Shown here: one piece after another, positions 17,332 through 28,518 of the stretch
How positions within the stretch are numbered: position 1 is the stretch's first letter
Layout: each line of letters starts with the position of its first letter
Assembly: GCF_048549895.1 (NCBI RefSeq)
Contig: NZ_JBLYYB010000011.1
Span: 7,617 to 71,616 of the forward strand
Direction: 5' to 3'
DNA: 64,000 nucleotides
Source: Hydrogenophaga sp.
Lineage (GTDB): Bacteria > Pseudomonadota > Gammaproteobacteria > Burkholderiales > Burkholderiaceae_C
Position numbers and translations under genes: made by a program
Notes under the pieces: model-generated
The model's input: only the letters and a program-made list of their open reading frames with translations
The model's database searches: none
What the model was told of the DNA's origin: nothing

Positions 17332-17345
17332 TTGAGTTCGATCAA
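17332..17345. promoter_or_regulatory. FNR/Crp-type box TTGAG-N4-ATCAA upstream of the host attachment protein gene
   Basis: TTGAGTTCGATCAA matches the FNR consensus TTGAT-N4-ATCAA at 9 of 10 positions. Its centre lies about 63 nt upstream of the ATG at 17275. Confidence 0.45.
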
Positions 17346-17383
17346 CGCCCGCGTTGGCCGCTGCACGCAACAAGGTTTATATT

Positions 17384-17394
17384 GTTGTCATACA
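17384..17394. promoter_or_regulatory. Candidate GntR/FadR-type operator copy 1 (GTTGTCATACA), upstream of the GntR gene
   Basis: It contains the GT-N-AC core (TGTCATACA). The identical 11-mer recurs inverted at 18304-18314. Confidence 0.5.
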
Positions 17395-17416
17395 GCTTTG
17401 AAAAACCCCGACTCCC

Positions 17417-18250
17417 ATGCCCCTGCAAGACAGCCCCCATGCGCCCTTCGACAACATGCCTGCGCTGCGCGTGGGTGCCAGGCTCTCCGAGCAGCTGGCG
17501 GATGCACTGGCGGTCAGCATCCGTGACGGGCAGTTGAGCGCGGGTCAAAAGCTGCCCACCGAGCAGGCGCTTGTCGAGCGGTTTGGTGTGAGCCGCACCG
17601 TGGTGCGGGAGGCCCTGTCGCGCTTGAAGACGCTGGGGCTGGTCGAGTCGCGGCAGGGGTCGGGTGCTTTTGTCCTGGCGTCATCGAAGCAGGCGCTGGA
17701 GCAGTTCTCGCTGGAGCCTGATGGGTCGGTCGATGCCGTGATCCAGATGGTCGAGGTGCGGCGTGCGCTGGAGGCGGAGTCGGCTGCGCTGGCAGCGGCC
17801 CGCCGCACGCCGCAATCCGTCAAACACATCAAGCAGGCCCTGCATGCACTGGGCAAGGCCGTCAAGGCCGGTGGCGACGGCGTGCAGGAGGATGTGGCTT
17901 TCCACACCGCCATCGCCCAGGCTTCGAGCAACCCTTTTCTGCTGTCCACGCTGGCGTACCTCAACCGTTTTCTGCTCGACGCCACCCGCGTGACCCGGGC
18001 CAATGAAGCGACGCGCGCCGACCTGGAGACCGAAGTGCACGAAGAGCACAGCGCGATCGTGGCGGCCATCGAGGCCGGGGACGTCGCCCAGGCGCGCCAG
18101 GCGGGTGCCAACCACATGGTGAACGCGGCGCGCCGCATCGGCCAGGCAGACCCGGCCTTCTGGGCAAAACACGGCCAGCAGCTCGCAGACCACTTGCGCG
18201 CCGAACTGGGCCAGCAGCAGAGCGCTCCGAGCCGGGCACGCCGCCGCTGA
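17417..18250 (+). CDS. GntR family transcriptional regulator, FadR subfamily (FCD domain)
   Basis: The wHTH reads KLPTEQALVERFGVSRTVVREALSRLKTLGLVESRQGSGAFV. The C-terminal helical FCD-like domain carries a HTAIAQAS motif. Confidence 0.9.
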   Translation: MPLQDSPHAPFDNMPALRVGARLSEQLADALAVSIRDGQLSAGQKLPTEQALVERFGVSRTVVREALSRLKTLGLVESRQGSGAFVLASSKQALEQFSLEPDGSVDAVIQMVEVRRALEAESAALAAARRTPQSVKHIKQALHALGKAVKAGGDGVQEDVAFHTAIAQASSNPFLLSTLAYLNRFLLDATRVTRANEATRADLETEVHEEHSAIVAAIEAGDVAQARQAGANHMVNAARRIGQADPAFWAKHGQQLADHLRAELGQQQSAPSRARRR

Positions 18251-18303
18251 CGCCCGCCCCGGGTTTACCCGGAATTGAAAAGTGCCTGGGTACTTCTAGA
18301 ATT

Positions 18304-18314
18304 TGTATGACAAC
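18304..18314. promoter_or_regulatory. Candidate GntR/FadR-type operator copy 2 (TGTATGACAAC, the reverse complement of copy 1), upstream of dctP
   Basis: It is an exact inverted copy of the 11-mer at 17384-17394 and lies 58 nt upstream of the dctP ATG. Confidence 0.5.
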
Positions 18315-18371
18315 CTGACGACCGTACAGATCAAGGGTTGCAATTTCATCCATTCCAGAAGGAGACCCCTG

Positions 18372-19355
18372 ATGTCCACGCAATCCCTCAAGCTGTTCGG
18401 CGCCGCCATCGGCAGCGCATTGTTGTTCGCTGCGGCTCCGGTCCAGGCCCAGACCGTCCTGAAACTCGGCCACGTGCTGGCCAAGGGATCGCATTACGAC
18501 GTGGGCGCCACCAAGTTCTGCGAAGAGATCGAAAAAGGCACGGCGGGTCGCTACAAGTGCCAGGTGTTTCCGGCCAGCGCCCTGGGGGGTGAGCGTGAAG
18601 AGATCGAAGCCGTGCAACTGGGCACGCAGGATCTGGTGCTGACCTCCACGGGTCCGGTGGGCAACTTCGTGCCCGAGATCAAGATCGTGGACGTGCCGTT
18701 CCTGTTCCGCGACTACGACCACGCCCGCAAGGTGCTGGACGGTGCCATCGGGCAGGACATGCTGGCCAAGTTCCCCAGCCATGGCCTGGTGGCCCTGGCC
18801 TGGAGCGAAAACGGTTTTCGCCACATGACGAACAACAAGCGCCCCATCGTCAGTGCGTCGGACGCTGCCGGCCTGAAGATGCGCACGATGGAGAACAAGG
18901 TGCACATGGAGGGTTACCGCACCTTCGGCATCCTGCCCACGCCCATGGCGTTTCCAGAGGTGTTCGGCGCGCTGCAGCAAGGCGTGGTGGACGGGCAGGA
19001 GAACCCGATTCCGGTGATCCTGGCGTCCAAGTTCTCGCAGGTCCAGAAGCACCTTTCGCTGACCGGCCACGTGTATTCGCCAGCACTGCTGCTGACATCG
19101 CCACGCGTGTGGAACAAGCTGTCTGACGCCGACAAAGTGGTCTTCTCCAACGCGGCCAAGGCCAGCGTGGTCGCCACCCGCAAGAAGGTGAACGATGACG
19201 AAGCCAACGGCATCGCCCAACTGGAAAAAGACGGCATGCAGGTGGTCAAGCAGGTCAATGGCGCGAGCTTCCGGGACGCCACCAAGCCCGCCTACGCCAA
19301 CTACGCCAAGGAATTCGGCGCCGACAAGATCGCCGCCATCCAGGCCGTCAAGTAA
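18372..19355 (+). CDS. dctP: TRAP transporter substrate-binding protein (DctP family)
   Basis: ATG 18372 follows AGAAGGAGA. Signal peptide: LFGAAIGSALLFAAAPVQA. DctP-like body: LKLGHVLAKGSHYD... Confidence 0.9.
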   Translation: MSTQSLKLFGAAIGSALLFAAAPVQAQTVLKLGHVLAKGSHYDVGATKFCEEIEKGTAGRYKCQVFPASALGGEREEIEAVQLGTQDLVLTSTGPVGNFVPEIKIVDVPFLFRDYDHARKVLDGAIGQDMLAKFPSHGLVALAWSENGFRHMTNNKRPIVSASDAAGLKMRTMENKVHMEGYRTFGILPTPMAFPEVFGALQQGVVDGQENPIPVILASKFSQVQKHLSLTGHVYSPALLLTSPRVWNKLSDADKVVFSNAAKASVVATRKKVNDDEANGIAQLEKDGMQVVKQVNGASFRDATKPAYANYAKEFGADKIAAIQAVK

Positions 19356-19376
19356 AACCGCTGCGAGACGATCCCC

Positions 19377-19889
19377 ATGGACGCTTTTGAACATGCGCTG
19401 ATGCGCCTGAACCGCTACGCCCTCATCGGCTTGCTGGCGGCCATGGCCCTGATCGTCTTCGCCAACGTGGTGCTGCGCTACACCACCAGCGCGTCCATCG
19501 AATGGGCCGAGGAGGTGGCCCGCTACCTCATGGTGTGGCTGACCTTCCTCGGTGCCGGCCCGGTGCTGCGCTACGGTGGCCACATCGCCGTGGACAACCT
19601 GCAAGAGGCTCTGCCCACGGCCTGGGCCAAAGGGCTGCGGGTGCTGATCGCCGTGCTGCTGTTCGGCTTTTTCGGGTTCATGGTCTGGGGCGGTGCGCTG
19701 TATCTGGAGCGGGCGCAGTTCCAGATGACGCCCACCACCCAGATCTCCATGGCCTGGGTGTATGCGGCGATGCCCGTGGGCGGGCTGCTGCTGATCCTGC
19801 ACTTCTTCTTCGTGCTGCGCAGTTACTTGTCTGAACGGCGCTTCGCCGAAGACGCCCACTTCGACGCCAACGCGAGCGCTTCCCTATGA
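19377..19889 (+). CDS. dctQ: TRAP transporter small permease (DctQ family)
   Basis: A 170-aa four-TM protein between dctP and dctM. Its end makes an ATGA overlap with dctM. Confidence 0.88.
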   Translation: MDAFEHALMRLNRYALIGLLAAMALIVFANVVLRYTTSASIEWAEEVARYLMVWLTFLGAGPVLRYGGHIAVDNLQEALPTAWAKGLRVLIAVLLFGFFGFMVWGGALYLERAQFQMTPTTQISMAWVYAAMPVGGLLLILHFFFVLRSYLSERRFAEDAHFDANASASL

Positions 19890-21178
19890 GCCTGAGCCTC
19901 ATCCTCATCTTGAGCGCCATCATCCTGCTGGCGATCGGCATGCCGGTGGCGTTCGCGCTCGGCATCTCGACCCTGGCCGCCGTGGTGTTCGCCAGCGATT
20001 TCCCTTCGTTCGTCATGCTCAAGCAGACCTACGAAGGTGTGGACAGCTTTCCGCTGATGGCGGTGCCCTTCTTCATTCTCGCGGCCGAGATCATGAGCGG
20101 GGGGTCGTTGACGGAGGTGCTGCTCAAGTTCGCGGCGCAGTTCGTCGGTCACCGCCGGGGCGGCCTGGGTTACACCAACGTGGTTTCGCTCACCTTCTTC
20201 TCGGGCATCTCCGGCTCGGCCCTGGCCGACGCAGCCGGCCCCGGCGCCATGATGATCCGCATGATGGACAAGGCCGGCTACGACCGCTCGTACGCGGCCG
20301 CGCTCACAGCTGCCACCGCCATCGTCGGGCCCATCATTCCGCCCTCGATCATCATGATCATCTACGCGCTGCAGGACGAAGCGGTGTCGGTGGGCGCGCT
20401 GTTCGTGGCGGGCTTCGTGCCCGGCTTCCTGATCGCCGCCGGCATGGCCGCCGTGAACTGGCGCGTGTCCAACAAGCGCAATTACCGGGGCGATGACGAC
20501 ATCACCAGTTGGGCCGACAAACTGGAGACCACCTGGCGCGCGCTGCCGGCACTGATGCTGCCGGTGCTCATCCTCGGCGGCATGCGGGCGGGCTGGTTCA
20601 CGCCCACCGAAGCCTCGGTGGTGGCCGTGGCCTACGCGCTGGTCTGTGGCAAGTTCATCTACCGCACGCTGCGCTGGCAGGCCCTGCCCGACATCCTCTC
20701 GCGCTCGGCATTGCTCACCGCGTCGGTGCTGATCATCATCGGCATGTCCAACGCTTTCGCCTGGGTGCTGACCATCGACGGGCTGCCGCTGCAACTGGCC
20801 GACTGGATGGCCGCCCAGAACTTCAATGCGGTGACCTTCCTGATCGCGGTCAACATATTCCTGCTGATCTTCGGCATCTTCATCGAGCCGCTGCCGGGTG
20901 TGATGGTGCTGGTGCCGATCCTGGCGCCGGTGGCGGCCAAGCTCGGCATCGACCCGGTGCATTTCGCCATGGTGGTCATCTACAACCTCACGCTGGGCAT
21001 GATCACGCCGCCGGTGGGCGGCCTGCTGTTCGTGACCTCCAACGTGTCCAAGGTGTCGCTGTCGGCGCTGACGCGCGAACTCAAACCTTTCCTGTGGGTG
21101 CACGGCCTGATCCTCATGCTGTTGACCTTCATTCCATCCCTGACCACGTGGGTCCCGCAGGCGCTGGGCTTCAGGTGA
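19886..21178 (+). CDS. dctM: TRAP transporter large permease (DctM family)
   Basis: A 430-aa polytopic protein with a typical DctM N-terminus (MSLSLILILSAIILLAIGMPVAFALG). Confidence 0.92.
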   Translation: MSLSLILILSAIILLAIGMPVAFALGISTLAAVVFASDFPSFVMLKQTYEGVDSFPLMAVPFFILAAEIMSGGSLTEVLLKFAAQFVGHRRGGLGYTNVVSLTFFSGISGSALADAAGPGAMMIRMMDKAGYDRSYAAALTAATAIVGPIIPPSIIMIIYALQDEAVSVGALFVAGFVPGFLIAAGMAAVNWRVSNKRNYRGDDDITSWADKLETTWRALPALMLPVLILGGMRAGWFTPTEASVVAVAYALVCGKFIYRTLRWQALPDILSRSALLTASVLIIIGMSNAFAWVLTIDGLPLQLADWMAAQNFNAVTFLIAVNIFLLIFGIFIEPLPGVMVLVPILAPVAAKLGIDPVHFAMVVIYNLTLGMITPPVGGLLFVTSNVSKVSLSALTRELKPFLWVHGLILMLLTFIPSLTTWVPQALGFR

Positions 21179-21198
21179 CCGACACGGAGCTATCTCTC

Positions 21199-22104
21199 AT
21201 GACAGACAAGAACATTGGCGCAAACATCGGCGTGGTGGGCCTCGGCGCCATGGGGCGCGGCATGGCCAGCTCGCTGCGCCGCGCGGGCTGGAACGTGCAC
21301 GTGTGCGACGTGCGCCCTGAAGCGGCCCAGGCCTTCGCGGCCGACGGCGGCGTGGCCTGCGCCAGCCCGGCCGAACTGGCCGCGCACTGCGAGGTGATCG
21401 TCAGCGTGGTGGTCAATGCTGCGCAGACCGAAGACGTGCTGTTCGGCGCCCACGGTGCTGCGGCGGCCCTGCGGCCCGGCAGCCTGTTCGTCATGTGCTC
21501 GACGGTGGACCCGAACTGGTCGGTGCAGCTTGAAGGGCGTCTGGCCGCACAAGGTGTGCTGTACCTGGATGCGCCGATCTCCGGCGGCGCGGCCAAGGCC
21601 GCCTCGGGCGAAATGACCATGATGACCGCCGGCACACCCGCGGCGTACGCCAAGGCCGGCAATGCGCTCGACGCGATGGCGGCCAAGGTCTACCGCCTGG
21701 GGGACACAGCGGGCAACGGCAGCAAGGTCAAGATCATCAACCAGCTCCTGGCGGGCGTGCACATCGCCGCCGCCGCCGAAGCCATGGCCCTGGGCCTGCG
21801 CGAAGGGGTGAAGGCGCAGGACATCTACGAGGTCATCACCCACAGCGCGGGCAACAGCTGGATGTTCGAGAACCGCATGGCCCACGTGCTCGCGGCCGAC
21901 TACACGCCGCTCTCCGCCGTGGACATCTTCGTCAAGGACCTGGGCCTGGTGCTCGACACCGCGCGCGCCACCAAGTTTCCGCTGCCGCTGTCGGCCACCG
22001 CGCACCAGATGTTCATGCAGGCCTCGACGGCGGGGTACGCCAAAGAAGACGACTCCGCCGTGATCAAGATCTTCCCGGGCATCACCTTGCCCTCGGCCGC
22101 CTGA
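21199..22104 (+). CDS. ltnD: L-threonate dehydrogenase-like beta-hydroxyacid dehydrogenase (HIBADH family)
   Basis: Rossmann motif IGVVGLGAMGRGMA and a HIBADH-type body. The gene sits directly upstream of denD-otnK-otnC-otnI. Confidence 0.8.
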   Translation: MTDKNIGANIGVVGLGAMGRGMASSLRRAGWNVHVCDVRPEAAQAFAADGGVACASPAELAAHCEVIVSVVVNAAQTEDVLFGAHGAAAALRPGSLFVMCSTVDPNWSVQLEGRLAAQGVLYLDAPISGGAAKAASGEMTMMTAGTPAAYAKAGNALDAMAAKVYRLGDTAGNGSKVKIINQLLAGVHIAAAAEAMALGLREGVKAQDIYEVITHSAGNSWMFENRMAHVLAADYTPLSAVDIFVKDLGLVLDTARATKFPLPLSATAHQMFMQASTAGYAKEDDSAVIKIFPGITLPSAA

Positions 22105-22115
22105 AAGACAACACC

Positions 22116-23126
22116 ATGCGAATCCTCATCACCGGCGGCAGCGGCTTTCTGGGCGCACGGCTCGCGCGCGAACTCCTGGCGCTTCCCGGCCTGTCTCTGG
22201 GCGGCGGTGCACCGCAGACACTGGAGCAGCTCTGGTTGACCGATCTCGTGCCGCCGCCAGCCGACCTCACCGCCGACGCCCGCGTGCACGCGTTCACCGG
22301 CGACCTGCTGAACCTGCTGACCAGCGGCGAGCTCGCACTGAACGGCATCCACGCCGTGGTGCACCTGGCTGCGGCGGTCAGCGGCGACTGTGAGCGCGAC
22401 CTCGAACTGGGCCTGCGCAGCAACATCGACACCACGCTGGCCTTGCTGCAGGCCGCGCGCGTTGCTGGCCACGCGCCGCTGTTCGTCTACGCGAGTTCGG
22501 TGGCGGTGTTCGGCGGCATGCCGGGCCTGCCCATGCCGGCGGTCATCGCCGACGACACCTTGCCCGCGCCGCAGGGCAGCTACGGCGTCCAGAAGTTCGT
22601 GGGCGAACAGCTGGTGGCCGACTTTGGCCGCCGCAGCCTGGTGCAGGCGCGCAATGTGCGCCTGATGACCGTGGCCATCCGCCCGGGCCGGCCCAACGGC
22701 GCTGCCTCGGGCTTCCTGAGCGGCATGGTGCGCGAGCCGCTGGCGGGACTGCGGGCCTGCGTACCGGTCTCGGCCGGGACCGCTGTGGCCCTGGCCTCGC
22801 CCGCCAGCACCATCGCCGGCCTCTTGGCCGCGCTCACCACCGGTGCCCAGGCCTGGGGCCCGCGCACCGCGCTCAACCTGCCTGCGCTCAGCACCACCGT
22901 GGGTGACATCGCTGCCGCGCTCGGCCGCGTGGCCGGTCCGGCTGCGCTGGACCTGCTGGACTGGCAGCCCGACGACCGTGTGGCCGCCATCGTGGGTGCC
23001 TGGCCCAGCCGCTTCGAGGCCGCGCGAGCACGCGGCCTGGGCCTGCTGCCCGACGCTTCGGTGGACGCGCTGGTGGCGCAGTACGTGCGCGAGTACCGCG
23101 ACGCCATCCACCTGCCCTTGATCTGA
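22116..23126 (+). CDS. denD: D-erythronate dehydrogenase-like NAD-dependent epimerase/dehydratase family protein
   Basis: MRILITGGSGFLGARLARELL and the YGVQK catalytic motif, in the tetronate operon context. Confidence 0.75.
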   Translation: MRILITGGSGFLGARLARELLALPGLSLGGGAPQTLEQLWLTDLVPPPADLTADARVHAFTGDLLNLLTSGELALNGIHAVVHLAAAVSGDCERDLELGLRSNIDTTLALLQAARVAGHAPLFVYASSVAVFGGMPGLPMPAVIADDTLPAPQGSYGVQKFVGEQLVADFGRRSLVQARNVRLMTVAIRPGRPNGAASGFLSGMVREPLAGLRACVPVSAGTAVALASPASTIAGLLAALTTGAQAWGPRTALNLPALSTTVGDIAAALGRVAGPAALDLLDWQPDDRVAAIVGAWPSRFEAARARGLGLLPDASVDALVAQYVREYRDAIHLPLI

Positions 23127-23136
23127 GAGACAACGC

Positions 23137-24438
23137 ATGAGCCACCCCCTGATGGGCTGCATCGCCGACGACTTCACCGGCGCCACCGACCTGGCCAACA
23201 ACCTGGTGCGCGCCGGCATGCGCTGTGTGCAGACCATCGGCGTGCCGCAGGACGGCGCGCCGCTGCAGACCGACGCCATCGTGGTCGCGCTCAAGTCGCG
23301 CACCGTGCCGGCAGCCCAGGCCGTGGAGCAGTCGCTGGCCGCGTTGCGCTGGTTGCAGGCGCAAGGTGTTGAGCAGGTCTATTTCAAGTACTGCTCCACC
23401 TTCGACTCCACCGCCCAAGGCAACATCGGTCCGGTCACGGAAGCGTTGCTGGACGCGCTGCACGGCCCCGGCCAGGGCTTCACCATCGCCTGCCCGGCCT
23501 TCCCGGTGAACCAGCGCACGGTGTTCAAGGGACACCTGTTCGTGGGCGACGTGCTGCTGTCCGACAGCGGCATGCGCCACCACCCGCTCACCCCCATGAC
23601 CGACGCCAACCTGGTGCGGGTGATGCAGTCGCAGACGCGCCGCAAGGTGGGCCTGGTGCCGCACGACGTGGTGGCCGCCGGAGCGCAGGCGATCCGCGAA
23701 CGGTTCGCAGCGCTGCAAGCCGATGGCGTGGGCGTGGCGGTGGTGGACGCGGTGAGCAACGACGATCTCATGTTGATCGGCCAGGCGCTGGCCCGCATGC
23801 CGCTGGTCACCGCCGGTTCGGGCATCGCCATCGGCCTGCCGCAGAACTGGCCACAACTGCGAGCCCACGGTGCCGGGGTGCGTGCCGACGCGCTGCCACC
23901 CGCACGGGGCTTGCAGGCGGTGGTGTCGGGCAGCTGCTCGGTCGCCACCAACGCGCAGGTGCTGCACTTCAAACGCAGCGGTCGGCCCAGCATGGCCATC
24001 GATCCGCTGTCGATCGCCGCTGGCGAGGACGTGGCCGCACAGGCCCTCGCCTGGGCCGAGCCGCTGCTGGCTGGTGGCCCCGTGCTGCTGTATGCCTCCG
24101 CCGAACCGGCGGCTGTGCGCGCGGTGCAGGATCGCCTGGGCGTGGCCCGCGCCGGCGAGATGGTGGAACACACACTCTCCCGCATCGCCGCTGGTCTGGT
24201 GCAGCGCGGCGTGCGCCAGTTGCTGGTGGCCGGTGGCGAGACCTCGGGTGCGGTGGTGCAGGCGCTGGGCGTGCAGCGCATGAGCATCGGTCCGCAGATC
24301 GACCCCGGCGTGCCCTGGACCGCAGTGGACTCGCCGCTGTGCCCCGGCGAGCCGGTGCACGTCGCGCTGAAGTCGGGCAACTTCGGCAGCACCGATTTCT
24401 TTTCCAAGGCTTTCACACAGCTGGCTTCGCTGCCATGA
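23137..24438 (+). CDS. otnK: 3-oxo-tetronate kinase (four-carbon acid sugar kinase, DUF1537 family)
   Basis: The N-terminus GCIADDFTGATDLANNL is the DUF1537 hallmark. The protein is 433 aa. Confidence 0.85.
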   Translation: MSHPLMGCIADDFTGATDLANNLVRAGMRCVQTIGVPQDGAPLQTDAIVVALKSRTVPAAQAVEQSLAALRWLQAQGVEQVYFKYCSTFDSTAQGNIGPVTEALLDALHGPGQGFTIACPAFPVNQRTVFKGHLFVGDVLLSDSGMRHHPLTPMTDANLVRVMQSQTRRKVGLVPHDVVAAGAQAIRERFAALQADGVGVAVVDAVSNDDLMLIGQALARMPLVTAGSGIAIGLPQNWPQLRAHGAGVRADALPPARGLQAVVSGSCSVATNAQVLHFKRSGRPSMAIDPLSIAAGEDVAAQALAWAEPLLAGGPVLLYASAEPAAVRAVQDRLGVARAGEMVEHTLSRIAAGLVQRGVRQLLVAGGETSGAVVQALGVQRMSIGPQIDPGVPWTAVDSPLCPGEPVHVALKSGNFGSTDFFSKAFTQLASLP

Positions 24439-25103
24439 CAGAAACAGAACTTCGGGAGGAGATCTGCCGCGTCGGTGCTTCGCTGTTTGCGCGTGGTTAT
24501 GTGCACGCCACAGCCGGCAACATCAGCGTGCGCCTGCCCGACGGCGGTTACCTCATCACCCCCACCGACGCCTGCCTCGGGACACTCGACCCGGCCCGCC
24601 TGGCCCGTGTCAACGAAGACGGTGTCCAGACCGGCGGCGACCGCGCGTCCAAAACCCTGACGCTGCACCGCCGCATCTACGGCGCCGACGCCGAAGCGCG
24701 CTGCGTGATCCACACCCACTCCACACACCTCGTGGCGGTGTCGCTGGCCCGAAGCTGGCGCTCCGACGACCCGGGCTGCGACGATCTCCTGCCGCCCATC
24801 ACGCCGTACTTCGTGATGAAGGTGGGCCACGTGCCGCTCATCCCCTACCACCGCCCGGGCGACCCGGCGGTGGGTGAGCAGGTGGCGCAGCGCATGTCGC
24901 AGATGCAGGCAGGGGGCACACCGATCCGCGCCGTGATGCTGGAGCGCCTGGGCCCCAACGTGTGGCACCACTCCCCGGCCGAAGCCAGCGCCGTGCTGGA
25001 AGAGCTGGAAGAGACCGCACGCCTGTGGCTGCTCACGCGCGCCGCGCCCCTCAACGCCGACCAGATCGACGAACTGCGCCAGCAGTTCGGCGCCTCTTGG
25101 TAG
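24435..25103 (+). CDS. otnC: 3-oxo-tetronate 4-phosphate decarboxylase (class II aldolase/adducin family)
   Basis: The start makes an ATGA overlap with otnK. Motifs: GYVHATAGNISVRL ... HTHSTHLVAVS. Confidence 0.85.
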   Translation: MTETELREEICRVGASLFARGYVHATAGNISVRLPDGGYLITPTDACLGTLDPARLARVNEDGVQTGGDRASKTLTLHRRIYGADAEARCVIHTHSTHLVAVSLARSWRSDDPGCDDLLPPITPYFVMKVGHVPLIPYHRPGDPAVGEQVAQRMSQMQAGGTPIRAVMLERLGPNVWHHSPAEASAVLEELEETARLWLLTRAAPLNADQIDELRQQFGASW

Positions 25104-25129
25104 CCGACTTTTGACAAGAAGAGAACCCC

Positions 25130-25972
25130 ATGCCCCGCTTCGCCGCCAACCTCTCGATGCTCTACAACGAGCACACCTTCCTTGACCGCTTTGCCGCCGC
25201 AGCAGCCGACGGATTTCGGGGGGTCGAGTATTTGTTCCCCTACGACTTCGCCGCAGCTGACATTGCCCAGCGCCTGCAGGACCACGGCCTGCAGCAGGTG
25301 CTGTTCAATGCGCCGCCGGGCGACTGGGCTGCGGGAGAGCGTGGACTGGCCTGCCTCCCCGGGCGCGAAGCCGAGTTCCGCGCCGGCTTTGCCCAGGCAC
25401 TGGACTACGCACAGGCATTGAACTGTCCCCGCATCCACGTCATGGCCGGCCTCACGCCCACGGGTGCCGAGCGCGCGGCACTGCAAGCCACCTACGAGGC
25501 CAACCTGGCCTGGGCCGCCGACATGGCGGGCACAGCCGGTCGTGACGTGCTGATCGAACCCATCAACACCCGCGACATCCCGGGCTTCTTCCTCAACCGG
25601 CAGGACGAAGCGGACCGCGTCGTGCAGGCGATCGGCCTGCCCAACCTCAAAGTGCAGTTCGACCTCTACCACTGCCAGATCGTCGAAGGCGATGTGGCCA
25701 TGAAGATCCGCCAGTACCTGCCCACGGGTCGCGTCGGCCACTTCCAGATCGCCGGCGTTCCCATGCGGCACGAGCCCGATCTGGGCGAGCTGAACCACCC
25801 CTACCTGTTCGGCGTGATCGACGAGGTGTCTGCCGCCTGCGGCTGGGAGGGGTGGGTGGGCTGCGAATACCGGCCAGCGCGAGGCGCGGTGTCTGGTGGC
25901 ACCTCGGCCGGACTCGAATGGCTGCAGAGATCCGGCTTCGCGCCGGTCGATGGTCAGGGCCATCCGCACTGA
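25130..25972 (+). CDS. otnI: 2-oxo-tetronate isomerase (hydroxypyruvate isomerase family)
   Basis: [39 protein letters not shown] shows the Hyi-family TIM-barrel signature. Confidence 0.85.
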   Translation: MPRFAANLSMLYNEHTFLDRFAAAAADGFRGVEYLFPYDFAAADIAQRLQDHGLQQVLFNAPPGDWAAGERGLACLPGREAEFRAGFAQALDYAQALNCPRIHVMAGLTPTGAERAALQATYEANLAWAADMAGTAGRDVLIEPINTRDIPGFFLNRQDEADRVVQAIGLPNLKVQFDLYHCQIVEGDVAMKIRQYLPTGRVGHFQIAGVPMRHEPDLGELNHPYLFGVIDEVSAACGWEGWVGCEYRPARGAVSGGTSAGLEWLQRSGFAPVDGQGHPH

Positions 25973-25997
25973 CAAGCCTTTGCGCACACCAATCTGG

Positions 25998-26022
25998 ACG
26001 CCCCGAACGGGGCGTTTTTTTT
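25998..26022 (+). terminator. Rho-independent terminator of the tetronate operon
   Basis: ACGCCCC-GAAC-GGGGCGT is followed by a run of 8 T (the first T shared with the stem), 26 nt after the otnI stop. Confidence 0.85.
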
Positions 26023-26159
26023 GGGACATCGTGACTTTGATCGCAGCGCGGGCCGCCGAGACCGCCTGTCCCCTGCTAAAGGAGCAGTCGACCTGACCGA
26101 TAAAGCTGTATTGACCCCGTCAATCAACCGTCACAGCCATCGGCCAGAGCCTCTCGACA

Positions 26160-28427
<2,268 letters not shown>

Positions 28428-28518
28428 GGCCACGAAAGGCGACATGGTCGGCGGCCTCACTTGGACCAACAGGCTTCCAGGAAACCGCGGGCGCTTCACC
28501 TGAAGAGTCGCACATCCT

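Noticed and set aside
17961-26029. Chain of long minus-strand ORFs (17961-19859, 19823-21103, 21900-23303, 22888-24360, 23379-24971, 24845-26029)
   Set aside because: They are antisense shadows of the TRAP/tetronate operon. They have Arg/Gly/His/Ala-rich compositions and no domains. The plus-strand genes have strong family motifs, SD sequences and ATGA couplings.
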